A DNA stretch of 58,411 nucleotides, taken from positions 1-58,411 of the IMG/VR virus record IMGVR_UViG_3300032285_002078. One strand, given 5' to 3'. Origin of the DNA: a virus (lineage: Duplodnaviria; Caudoviricetes). The notes under the pieces are model-generated. The model searched no databases, was not told where the DNA came from, and saw only the letters and a list, made by a program, of their open reading frames with translations. Below, one piece after another: positions 48,701 to 56,819 of this stretch (its first letter is position 1; the number at the start of each line of letters is the position of its first letter). The position numbers and the translations under genes are program-made.

Positions 48701-49383
48701 GACCAGTTGGCTAGATTAGCGGCAAAACTTGTTGATGTATGCCCGGCGGTTGCAATCCACAACGAGCCGCCATATTTGACTACATCCTTAACTTTGTAAC
48801 GAATTGCAGTAGTCCAGTTGCCTTTAAAATCGTTTTGTTGATAAGCAATTTCCCAGAATGCACTATCTGCTTCTAATCCGCTAGCATATGAGCTTACACT
48901 ATTATGTGCAGTAATACATCTGTAAACAGTAGCACCGTACTTAACTAAATCATTAATTTTGTATCGTGTGCTAATTGTCCAATCTTGAGTCCAGTTATCT
49001 GATTTAGCAACAATTTCCCATTTTGATTGATCGCCTTCTAGACCAGATGTTGTATCTGCTCCTGCAACTCCTGAAGTTGTTGTACTTTTACTTGTATGGA
49101 CAGTTAGACATCTATAAACAATACCGTTATATCGTACAATATCACCTGGATTGTATAATGTACTAATAGACCAAGTACTTCTCCAAGTATAGCCGTCTAA
49201 CATTAGTACCCAAGTGCTTGCTGCTAAATCTGGTGCGAAAGTTGCAGCACTGGTGTGTGTACTAAAACAAACATATGTTTTGCCGCCATACGCTACTATA
49301 TCATCTTTGACATACTCGTAACTATTGGCCCAATTACCTTTCCAGGTATATCTAATTTTTGCTATTTTAAAATCTGTAGTCAT
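45748..49383 (-). CDS. Multidomain tail fibre (1211 aa), paralog of the 2840-aa protein
   Basis: Same domain order with shared blocks KSIVANDFTQVI, ELVSVFTYY.HIGYLAENGGKIRAT, RLTGHDFL.IGTG and GGRVFYT.TDQDGNF. Confidence 0.8.
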   Translation of the reverse strand: MTTDFKIAKIRYTWKGNWANSYEYVKDDIVAYGGKTYVCFSTHTSAATFAPDLAASTWVLMLDGYTWRSTWSISTLYNPGDIVRYNGIVYRCLTVHTSKSTTTSGVAGADTTSGLEGDQSKWEIVAKSDNWTQDWTISTRYKINDLVKYGATVYRCITAHNSVSSYASGLEADSAFWEIAYQQNDFKGNWTTAIRYKVKDVVKYGGSLWIATAGHTSTSFAANLANWSVYLDGLQIESATWSNLTTYQRGDVVSYGGYAYRAEQNNSNQTPFNNASYWSVVVANYNFAGDWVGGITPTSYKVGDVVRLNGYLYVATADNTLQEPPNASYWKVVNQGSKWQGPWVTATTYKLGDIVGYGPSTFQCLLAHGATSGNRPDADIGGGTSGTYWTILVQGTTTNVMTSPADMVYYNSGAKTRLPAGTDGQVMKVSGNSPAWGLWGVRTKVYYVAPSGTDAVGYGTTLDKPFKTIKYACNSITGTATLYVKSGVYSEELPITVPANVALVGDELRSTIVQPTSGFVTSNMFYVRDGSAIRNMTLQGLYGTLGTANTYGTKRPTAGAYISLDPTGLTDAAAQIVYRSPYIQNVTTLGTGCIGMKIDGNLHGAGNKSIVANDFTQVISDGIGIWVSNGGKSELVSVFTYYCHIGYLAENGGKIRATDGNNSYGDYGSVAEGTLATESPITGTVNNGGTNAVIGFVFTDGSKILGFEYDNAGISYNSSTTFSFTGSGLNAATSSANIRNGGVYEVRLTDPTNSGSYGGGGYLNVVNNAQSGSGSAGTIYLAAGDTNSSSNYLGMRIIIISGKGSGQYGYISAYNSSSKLATILKESDGTSGWDAMQSVNAIVDLDTTSQYSIEPRITFSAPVSGTRAQARAVIASGRIAKFRVFEPGAGYISAPTFVIGDPNGSGVTYQVRIGDGVLATPTFSNRGTGYLTASATILSGTGYADIYQYGSYLYVSGLASVPGPGANVNFPSSTANYRLVSTSNITGTGPYSAKFNVYPAIPLAEAPPQGQTVTIRTNYSQTRLTGHDFLEIGTGNAAATNYPSIDVTAIKPQNLAVESGGGRVFYTATDQDGNFRVGSLFKVEQASGTATLNASFFQLNGLSQLTLGGIVLGGTSATITEISTDATLPANSDNVLVTQKAIKSYIASRIGGGGANLNVNEITAGQIKIATTNQITNTLGTSINFKNKVNFTGGIDGSMLATAFFVSSGAQ

Positions 49384-49392
49384 AATTTACTC

Positions 49393-49758
49393 TTAACTTG
49401 AAATACCTGTTGGGTATGTATATTTTGTGTTTATTCTAGCTACTAGCTGACCGTCTGCGTCAACATAGTAATAAATTCTACGGTTGTCCCAACGGTATTG
49501 TTCATATAATAAATTTTCATAAACAATATTATGATATACATCGCGACCTTCGTAAAAATCTGTGCCTGTATCAAAATCTTCGTAGTTATTTGCAATGTCG
49601 CCTACAGCATTCACAGATATATAATCATCTCTACTTAACTGGTCAACTAGTGTAAGTGTAATCTCACCGTCGTCGTTACGTTTAATACCCATAAAGTATC
49701 GAGGTTGATCCCCAATTAGCTCGTCTTGGCTTCTTCCAAAAAAGAAATTACTATTCAT
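49393..49758 (-). CDS. Hypothetical protein (121 aa)
   Basis: Tightly packed in the fibre operon; AGGA SD. Confidence 0.7.
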   Translation of the reverse strand: MNSNFFFGRSQDELIGDQPRYFMGIKRNDDGEITLTLVDQLSRDDYISVNAVGDIANNYEDFDTGTDFYEGRDVYHNIVYENLLYEQYRWDNRRIYYYVDADGQLVARINTKYTYPTGISS

Positions 49759-49768
49759 ATTAGTTTCC

Positions 49769-50098
49769 TTATGCTATTTCAGCGTAACTGGCAATGACAT
49801 CTAAACTAGCATCAGTATCGCTTATAACGCTGATACTACAGCTATTACCTAAAATAATCTTTTCGCCATTTTGTACTAATTTTGCCGACGTATACGGGGG
49901 TATAATTAACTGTTTTATATAATAACCTTTAGTTGATGTTGCATCTGTAATGTAGACATCTACAATAACGTCATAGTCAATAATATTCGCTACATTTAAA
50001 CCAATAAGAGTATAAATGTTAGCAGGTGTTGTTGATAAAATAGTTGTTTCAACAGTTCCAACTTCTTGTTCAACTTTTGTTCTAAAATAAGTTGTCAT
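49769..50098 (-). CDS. Small virion protein (109 aa), putative fibre adaptor
   Basis: IGLNVAN, IPP..S, EKIIL pattern shared with 53990-54343. Confidence 0.6.
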   Translation of the reverse strand: MTTYFRTKVEQEVGTVETTILSTTPANIYTLIGLNVANIIDYDVIVDVYITDATSTKGYYIKQLIIPPYTSAKLVQNGEKIILGNSCSISVISDTDASLDVIASYAEIA

Positions 50099-50103
50099 TT
50101 CTA

Positions 50104-51162
50104 TTATCCAAATGTTAAGGCAGTTTGAATGCCAATGTCTGTGGCTACATTAGCAGTTACACCAGCTGCGGCGCCAGCAACACTGACCCATGTTGTGCCG
50201 TCCCAAATTTCAACAAGGAACAATTCGTTGTTATAACGCATCATGCCTGTTTCAACATATATGCCTGTTGGGCGGGCAGCAACACTACCTGCTGGGATTA
50301 CCACACCTCGTGTGCCGGCAATTTTTACATAACCGTTATTTGTCTCAAGGAATTCAGTTACAGCATTATTGGAAATATTTGTAATTGTATTATTAAAAAT
50401 TTTAATATTTCCAAGTACGACGCCGCCAGTGCCACTAGTTGTAAAGTTAATATCAGTGTCAGTAGTTTTAGCACTGATTGTATTACCAGTTATTTCTAAA
50501 TTAACTGTTTGAAAATCGTCTGCTGTAAAGTTTGTAGTAGTAATACTTGATACTGTAACTGCATCACTGTATACACCAGCCCACTTTAAAGTTGGTGTAC
50601 CTAATGTATATTGATTATTCTGACTAGGAACAATGTTGCTACCAACTTCTCCTTCAAAGTCAATAACGTCTGTAGTTTCATTACCTAATGTAATATTTCC
50701 GTTAGCAGTAATACTGCCGGTAGCATGAATATCACCGTTGACATACATACTGCTATTAACATTAACTTGTCCTGAACCAGAAGTTGTAATGTTTAAATCT
50801 TGATTAGTTCCAAGTGTGGCAATTGTATTGCCGCTAATTTCGAGGTCAGTTCCAATTAATGCACGGCCTTGATATACAACACCATTTGTGCCTTGTGGTA
50901 AAAAATTAATTGTTGAGCTTGAACTGCTGATTGTATTATTTGTAAGTGTAAAACTAGCAAGCTGGGCTTCGTTGTTTACTTCAAGGTTTGTTGATCGAGC
51001 TGTGCCGACAACATCTAGTTGGTATTGCGGAGATGCGTTATTAACACCAATTTTATGGCTTGTAACATCCAAGTAAAGTAGGCTCGTCTCAAAAGCTAAA
51101 TTCACTCCGTTGCGAAGCAAATTATCTTTTAAGAGCGGACCCGATATTCGACCAACAGCCAT
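50104..51162 (-). CDS. Tail-fibre-like structural protein (352 aa)
   Basis: GRISGPLL.DNLLRNG.NLAF shared with 51283-52941; IP.G..A.RP...G..RYN...E.WDG..W module. Confidence 0.7.
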   Translation of the reverse strand: MAVGRISGPLLKDNLLRNGVNLAFETSLLYLDVTSHKIGVNNASPQYQLDVVGTARSTNLEVNNEAQLASFTLTNNTISSSSSTINFLPQGTNGVVYQGRALIGTDLEISGNTIATLGTNQDLNITTSGSGQVNVNSSMYVNGDIHATGSITANGNITLGNETTDVIDFEGEVGSNIVPSQNNQYTLGTPTLKWAGVYSDAVTVSSITTTNFTADDFQTVNLEITGNTISAKTTDTDINFTTSGTGGVVLGNIKIFNNTITNISNNAVTEFLETNNGYVKIAGTRGVVIPAGSVAARPTGIYVETGMMRYNNELFLVEIWDGTTWVSVAGAAAGVTANVATDIGIQTALTFG

Positions 51163-51282
51163 TTACGCTCCCTTATACCCCGAGTTTCACGGTTAACCAC
51201 CTTACATTGCGGGTTTACCACAGTTGAATATCGTAAAAGTTTGGTCAACTCTTACAGTAAAAGTATTTATCGGATTTTGGTT

Positions 51283-52941
51283 TTAACCTAGTATAAGGGT
51301 CCAAATGTCCATAATTTCAGTTACTTCGTCTGTTGAGAGAACGGGACTAGTACCAATCATTGGAATCCATTTGCGCTGTATGTTGATATTGTTTCCGGAC
51401 GTTAAAAACCCGGTAGCAGCTACATCTATGTTGATGCTAATACCTGTAACAACCGATGTAACCAGTGTTGGGCTAGTAAATATCCCTGGAGTGGTACAAC
51501 TAACAAAATCGCCCACTGCGTATCCAGATGTAGTGTCTACATAAATTGTAGTGTCGCCAATATTGATATCTGCTGTAACAGCCGTTACAGTAACAGTAGT
51601 AGTATTAGAAACATCTGCATAAACTTCAGGTGTAATTGAAGTTGTATTATAGCGAATTGTTCCTATATCAGGAATTGTAGGACGTTGAGTTGTAGTTCCT
51701 ACAGGTATCGTCCATCCTGTTGTTCCTCCAAATTTAAAATATCCATTGCCTGTTGAAACAAATTGTAATGCTGTCGAGTCGTAGTGTGAAATTGTATTAT
51801 CTTTAATAGACAAGAAACTGTTAAAATTTAAACTACCAGTACCGCTAGGAATTAAATTAACATCATTAGTTGTAATATTATTGTTAATTGTATTCCCGCT
51901 AATTTTAATATTTCCTGCATTTAGTGTAGTAATATTAGCATCTGTTGTATTAAAATCTGTAGTTATTAAATTAGTAGCATAGACATTTTTCCACACTAGC
52001 GGAGTTATATCTTCCCCTAAATTATAAGCGCCGCCAATAATTGGAACTATATTGCTACCAACTTCAGCACCAAATGTAATTACATCTGTTGGGTCATTAC
52101 CTAATGTAATATCACCATCAAATGTAACATTTCCTGTAGCAGTGATAGAGCCATCTACATATAAATTAGTTTTACTAATGGTTATTGTGACTGTATCTAA
52201 CGGGTTTAAATTTACTAATTGATTTGTACTTGTAAAAATTATATAATAATCTTGTCCAAAATCTGCAAAAGGTCCTTGTACACTAGTTATAGTAGTACCT
52301 TTAATAAATTGTGTACGATTAGTAAAATATGATCCTACATCTAACTCACTAGCTTCCCAGCTGGTACGTGTAGCACGGAAATAATTTTCAGCTGTTGTAG
52401 TTGACAATAAAGGTTCGTCTGGAATCACCAGAGTAGCAATTACATTTGTTCCAAATACTAATCTACCGGTAGGATCAAATATGATATTTTGATTTATAAA
52501 TCCTGTTAATTCAGCACCAACAAAATTAAATTTATTTGTACTGCCTATACCATTGAATGTAATAATTGGATCCATGCCCTGATCAGGTGTGATATAGATA
52601 TTTTCATTTCGATAGTTAGCAATTTGATCCAGTGTGCCAGTACCGCCAAAAGTAAAATGAGCAATATCTGCTTGAGTTTCTACAATAAGATCTGTGGAAT
52701 AAACATCCCCAAATATATCTAATGCTCTAGTAGGAGAACTGGTATTAATTCCTACGAATTTATTATTGACATCAAAATACATTACATCCGTATCAAAAGC
52801 TAAATTTTCCCCGTTACGAAGTAAATTATCTGATAGTAATGGACCGCTTATACGTCCAAACTCTTTTCCTGGTGAAACGATAGGAGTAAGACCAAGCGGT
52901 GCTGTATTTGGTGAACCTTTTCTATTAATCTTTAAGGCCAT
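51283..52941 (-). CDS. Tail-fibre-like structural protein (552 aa), paralog of 50104-51162
   Basis: Shared N-terminal block, ITLGN...D.I.F..EVGSNIVP and IP.GTT..RP...RYN; carries two extra inserted domains. Confidence 0.7.
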   Translation of the reverse strand: MALKINRKGSPNTAPLGLTPIVSPGKEFGRISGPLLSDNLLRNGENLAFDTDVMYFDVNNKFVGINTSSPTRALDIFGDVYSTDLIVETQADIAHFTFGGTGTLDQIANYRNENIYITPDQGMDPIITFNGIGSTNKFNFVGAELTGFINQNIIFDPTGRLVFGTNVIATLVIPDEPLLSTTTAENYFRATRTSWEASELDVGSYFTNRTQFIKGTTITSVQGPFADFGQDYYIIFTSTNQLVNLNPLDTVTITISKTNLYVDGSITATGNVTFDGDITLGNDPTDVITFGAEVGSNIVPIIGGAYNLGEDITPLVWKNVYATNLITTDFNTTDANITTLNAGNIKISGNTINNNITTNDVNLIPSGTGSLNFNSFLSIKDNTISHYDSTALQFVSTGNGYFKFGGTTGWTIPVGTTTQRPTIPDIGTIRYNTTSITPEVYADVSNTTTVTVTAVTADINIGDTTIYVDTTSGYAVGDFVSCTTPGIFTSPTLVTSVVTGISINIDVAATGFLTSGNNINIQRKWIPMIGTSPVLSTDEVTEIMDIWTLILG

Positions 52942-52952
52942 AATTTATGTCC

Positions 52953-53990
52953 TTATTGATCAAATCCATGCAATACTGTAACTGGTTTACCCGGTGGTAC
53001 AGGGCTACTAAATTGTAAGTACCATCCTGAACCTGTTTGACTGAGTTCTGCAATAGTGATAGCCGTTCCTGCAGTGATTGGTGATCCTGTAATTGGCTGG
53101 CTAATGTCAATACTGGTCAATGCACCTGTTGCGTCGTCAGTAGTATATGTTACCACCGTGGTAAGTGCTGGAATACCTGTCCCAGATACAGCGGCTCCAG
53201 TAATATCTACTGCTGGATAAATTGTGTGAATGCTTGTGATAGTTCCTGCTACTGTTTGGGCTCCAGTAGTAGTATTCACATAACTTACAGAAGTTGTGTT
53301 GCAAGCAGTTACAACTGCTTCTCCATTGTAGCCATACGGGGTCATTCCAGTTACTAATATAGTTTCACCTATTGAAAACGGTGCAGCGGGTTGTTCGGCA
53401 AATGTTAAAGTTGCAGTTGTGCTAGATCCGCTTGCACCAGTTGTTTGCAAACTGGTATTGAAATATAATCTAGTTGCAGTTACCAGTTCAGTTCTACTGA
53501 TTGTGCCGTAGTATGTTTCTGCACTAAATGTTGGATTTTGTTCGACTGTGTAGTTTGTGGTATGAAGTTGTATTACATTTTCTACAATTACTAATAAGTT
53601 AGATCCAGTCCACGTATATCCGCGTTGCGAAATATCGGGCGGTGCTGGATTTAAAGGACCAAAATAAACAGTATCGCCATCGCCGACTCCTAGTGTCTGC
53701 TGTGTAATTTGGCCTGACTCTCTATAACGTAATGCACGCCAAGTACTACCTTGATATACTTCGATATCAAATGTTGTTTCGTTGTAACGCATCATTCCAT
53801 TTTGCGGAACAACGGGCCTTTCGTTATCAGCATCCCCAAATCCGCCCGATGGCATAGCATCATCGCCTAGACCGTGGGGCAATTTCAATGCAGTACGAGA
53901 GTCCATTATTACAGACCCGTTAATATCAACATACAGCGAATTATCAAACACTGCTCTGCGATTTAATGTTAAGCGTCTCAGAAATCTCAT
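52953..53990 (-). CDS. Virion structural protein (345 aa)
   Basis: RP..PQNGMMRYN...EVYQG.TW, GDGDT..F and F.SPVP.G..V.V motifs of baseplate/fibre-type beta modules. Confidence 0.65.
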   Translation of the reverse strand: MRFLRRLTLNRRAVFDNSLYVDINGSVIMDSRTALKLPHGLGDDAMPSGGFGDADNERPVVPQNGMMRYNETTFDIEVYQGSTWRALRYRESGQITQQTLGVGDGDTVYFGPLNPAPPDISQRGYTWTGSNLLVIVENVIQLHTTNYTVEQNPTFSAETYYGTISRTELVTATRLYFNTSLQTTGASGSSTTATLTFAEQPAAPFSIGETILVTGMTPYGYNGEAVVTACNTTSVSYVNTTTGAQTVAGTITSIHTIYPAVDITGAAVSGTGIPALTTVVTYTTDDATGALTSIDISQPITGSPITAGTAITIAELSQTGSGWYLQFSSPVPPGKPVTVLHGFDQ

Positions 53991-54343
53991 TATACCACCA
54001 ATGTACTAACTGTAACTGCTAATTGATTTTCGCCATCTGATACTGCAACAATAATATCGCCATCAGACAAAATTAATTTTTCTTGATCTAAACTTAAAGT
54101 TTCGCCTGCTGAAATTGGCAGAGAATTAACTATGGTATGCTTTGCTAATACGCCAAAAGTTGGAGCTACATCAGTTTCGGCAGCCGGGATAGCATACAAT
54201 GTTATAGTGTAAATATTATCAACAGGGTTTAATTCGTTAAATGGATTAATGTTACAAATTATTATGCTAGTGATAGCATTGTCGCCGCTACTTTCAAATA
54301 CTAGTGTATTTGAGTTGTTTACTAATGTGTTTTGAATTGCCAT
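53990..54343 (-). CDS. Small virion protein (117 aa), putative fibre adaptor
   Basis: AITSIIICN, I.AGETL...EKLIL.DGD.I; resembles the 107- and 109-aa proteins. Confidence 0.6.
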   Translation of the reverse strand: MAIQNTLVNNSNTLVFESSGDNAITSIIICNINPFNELNPVDNIYTITLYAIPAAETDVAPTFGVLAKHTIVNSLPISAGETLSLDQEKLILSDGDIIVAVSDGENQLAVTVSTLVV

Positions 54344-54352
54344 ATTCTTTCC

Positions 54353-55408
54353 TTATAGCACTATACTTAGTAGTACAGCACGATTCTTACTTACTAATTC
54401 GTCTACATTGTTAGTCATACCAAGTGTACTTGTATTCTTAAAAAACAATCCAGTTTTACCAGCACCTATATTTAAAGTATTTGAAAATAATTGTGTTTTT
54501 GTAGCAGATAATACCGGAAACGTTGATTGATTTGATAAATTTAAAAACGAATTAATTTCAACATTATTGTTATTTGCAAGTAACACTAAATTGTTACTAG
54601 ATGTATTGTTAATAGAATCGTTAAGGATGTTTACATTATTAACGCTTAATCCGTTTTGACTCAATGTTGCTACAATGTGTTGATTATTGAGTATTCCCGG
54701 ATGCCCAACAAAAAATTGTATGTTGCTACCAAAGGCTTGAATTTTACTATCTTCGTTACCTGGGGCAGCAGTTGGTGGAAAATATAATCTATCAACAGTA
54801 GCAACACCCTGTGATGCTGTTACATAACTTGTAATTGATTTCCAATTTGGGATATTGTTGTCATCGTCTGGTACGTGTATATGATAATCATCATTGGTAC
54901 CGCCGTTGGCAATACGTAACATACCGTTTTTACTTTTTAAATCAAATATAAAATTAGCAGTACGATCATTAACAATGCTTGCTAAATTCAATCCGGTAAC
55001 AGTGTCAGATGCCGCAGTTTTTAAAACAAATGCACCATGTACTTCAGAATCAGTAGCACCATCATAGTACGATACTTTCTCGTCAAATACTAGCTGTGCA
55101 TTTCCATTAGGATGGGCACCACGCTCAATTTCAATGCCTGATCGTTTGTTATTTTGTGCATCTGCAACAATTCCCCAATCTGGATAAACCGCACTGGGAT
55201 TAGTATTGCCGCCACCTTTGTTAAGAGTTATAAGACGATCTTCGATGTATAGTTGGGAAGTATTAACAGATGTAGTGTTACCTTGAACTACTAAATCACC
55301 AGTGATATAAGTAGTACCAGCATCAGAACCAGTATCCAACGTAATGGTTCCATTGTAACCCGTTTGGATTCTGTAATTACTTTGACTGACTTTTAATACT
55401 CTTGACAT
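54353..55408 (-). CDS. Virion structural/fibre protein (351 aa)
   Basis: ITGDLVVQGNTT.VN...L.IED..ITLN...SGIEIERG, typical of fibre-type proteins of large T4-like phages; TAAATA at 55453-55458. Confidence 0.65.
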   Translation of the reverse strand: MSRVLKVSQSNYRIQTGYNGTITLDTGSDAGTTYITGDLVVQGNTTSVNTSQLYIEDRLITLNKGGGNTNPSAVYPDWGIVADAQNNKRSGIEIERGAHPNGNAQLVFDEKVSYYDGATDSEVHGAFVLKTAASDTVTGLNLASIVNDRTANFIFDLKSKNGMLRIANGGTNDDYHIHVPDDDNNIPNWKSITSYVTASQGVATVDRLYFPPTAAPGNEDSKIQAFGSNIQFFVGHPGILNNQHIVATLSQNGLSVNNVNILNDSINNTSSNNLVLLANNNNVEINSFLNLSNQSTFPVLSATKTQLFSNTLNIGAGKTGLFFKNTSTLGMTNNVDELVSKNRAVLLSIVL

Positions 55409-55452
55409 TTATTATCCTTAAGTTTAGAATCAAACTTCTTAAGCTATTACAG

Positions 55453-55502
55453 TATTTAGCAGATACAGAAAAAGCGAACGGCTGTGTATGCAGAGTTAAA
55501 TA
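55453..55502. promoter_or_regulatory. Divergent TAAATA late promoter cores (minus 55453-55458; plus 55497-55502)
   Basis: Each core points toward its adjacent gene, and both genes have an AGGA SD. Confidence 0.55.
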
Positions 55503-55527
55503 ACTGCACATTTAATTCAGGAACACT

Positions 55528-56202
55528 ATGAAATTAGTCTTTTGCATACCAGGAAATACGTTTAGTAAGGCATTTTTAATCAGCTGGACTCAAACACTTC
55601 AATGGTGCCACGATAATGACATTAGTTATGATGTCAGCATCACATATATTCCAATCATATATCATGCTCGAAATATGCTAATGGGCGGTACTAGATATAC
55701 ACCCCGAACATTTAAACCGTTCAATGGAGCAATTGATTACGATTGGATTATTTGGATAGACAGCGATCAAACTTGGGATCCAAGCGACATTGAACAGCTA
55801 ATTTCAAATCCTGAACATAAAGTTGTTACGGGCATGGTATTAATGTATGACAACGAGCATTTTAATGTTAGCACCTACGACGATACTTCTTATGATAAAC
55901 GTAGATGGTTAACCAGAGAAGATGTTGATATAGGCGGTGAAAGATTTACTACACCTGAATGTGGTATGGGATTTATGGCTGTGCAAAAAGGTGTTTTTGA
56001 ACAGTTAGAATATCCTTGGTTCTTCCCTATGCCGCACGACGAAGAAGAAGTATTATGGTTTGAAGCAGAAGACGGCAGTTTTTGTAATAGGATAACAGAA
56101 TTAGGAATTGAGATTTGGGTTGATCCAAAATTACAAATTGGACACGAAAAACACAGAATACTCACTGCGGAGTTACCACTTGGACTTACAAAACCAGCAT
56201 GA
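55528..56202 (+). CDS. GT-A fold glycosyltransferase
   Basis: ARN, YDWIIWIDSD (DxD), GMGF.....VFE.L..PWF, ED.SFC, IWVDP....GH. Confidence 0.8.
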   Translation: MKLVFCIPGNTFSKAFLISWTQTLQWCHDNDISYDVSITYIPIIYHARNMLMGGTRYTPRTFKPFNGAIDYDWIIWIDSDQTWDPSDIEQLISNPEHKVVTGMVLMYDNEHFNVSTYDDTSYDKRRWLTREDVDIGGERFTTPECGMGFMAVQKGVFEQLEYPWFFPMPHDEEEVLWFEAEDGSFCNRITELGIEIWVDPKLQIGHEKHRILTAELPLGLTKPA

Positions 56203-56783
56203 ACCCAAAGACTTATTTGATAGTATTAGAAAAACATCCACCCAGTGAACAGTTGGCTGCCGAGTGTTTAATCAGTGCTAAAAAGTTTAATTGGGATGTG
56301 GAAATATTTCCTGCGGTTAATGGAAATACTATTACTGAACAAACTTGGTTAGACTATGGTTTAAAAATTTCAGGGCACAGGCCTGCAGATTCAAAATACA
56401 AAGGAACACAAGGTTGTTTTTTAAGTCATTGGACATTATGGAATCGTTGTGTCGATCTTAATACTCCTGTTGTTATATTGGAACAAGATGCTGTGATAGA
56501 AGGCTATTATCCAACTATTCCAGAAACCAACGGTGTTATTAAATTACATCCAGTATATAATGTAGAAGAAGATACCATTTCTGGTACGTGGACATCGTCA
56601 ACTCATGCTTATTATATTGAGCCAAAGACTGCTAAACATGTTATTGAATTTGTAAAAAATAACGGATGGATGGCAGTTGATGTATTACTTGGCAGTAATG
56701 TTGTGGACATTTATCACACCAATCCTGTACTGGTTAATCGACAAAACAAGTTTTCCACAACTATAAATCTTCCTAGTCAATAA
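56199..56783 (+). CDS. GT25-like glycosyltransferase
   Basis: F.AV.G, GCFLSH..LW, ILEQDA, THAY.I.P..A, VD; ATGA overlap with the upstream glycosyltransferase. Confidence 0.8.
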   Translation: MNPKTYLIVLEKHPPSEQLAAECLISAKKFNWDVEIFPAVNGNTITEQTWLDYGLKISGHRPADSKYKGTQGCFLSHWTLWNRCVDLNTPVVILEQDAVIEGYYPTIPETNGVIKLHPVYNVEEDTISGTWTSSTHAYYIEPKTAKHVIEFVKNNGWMAVDVLLGSNVVDIYHTNPVLVNRQNKFSTTINLPSQ

Positions 56784-56806
56784 AAAAGGACCCGAAGGTC
56801 CTTTTT
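56783..56806. terminator. Bidirectional terminator (cUUCGg loop on the minus strand)
   Basis: AAAAAGGACC-cgaa-GGTCCTTTTT between convergent genes. Confidence 0.88.
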
Positions 56807-56819
56807 GTTTGATTGCTTA

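Noticed and set aside
33586-49383. Diversity-generating retroelement or invertible shufflon acting on the paralogous fibres
   Set aside because: No reverse transcriptase or invertase is present. The paralogs differ broadly rather than as a near-identical template/variable pair with adenine-specific changes (judged by eye).
51165-51269. tRNA, c-di-GMP riboswitch or hammerhead ribozyme
   Set aside because: No cloverleaf or T-loop, no matching riboswitch core and no CUGAUGA box; kept only as an unnamed structured leader.
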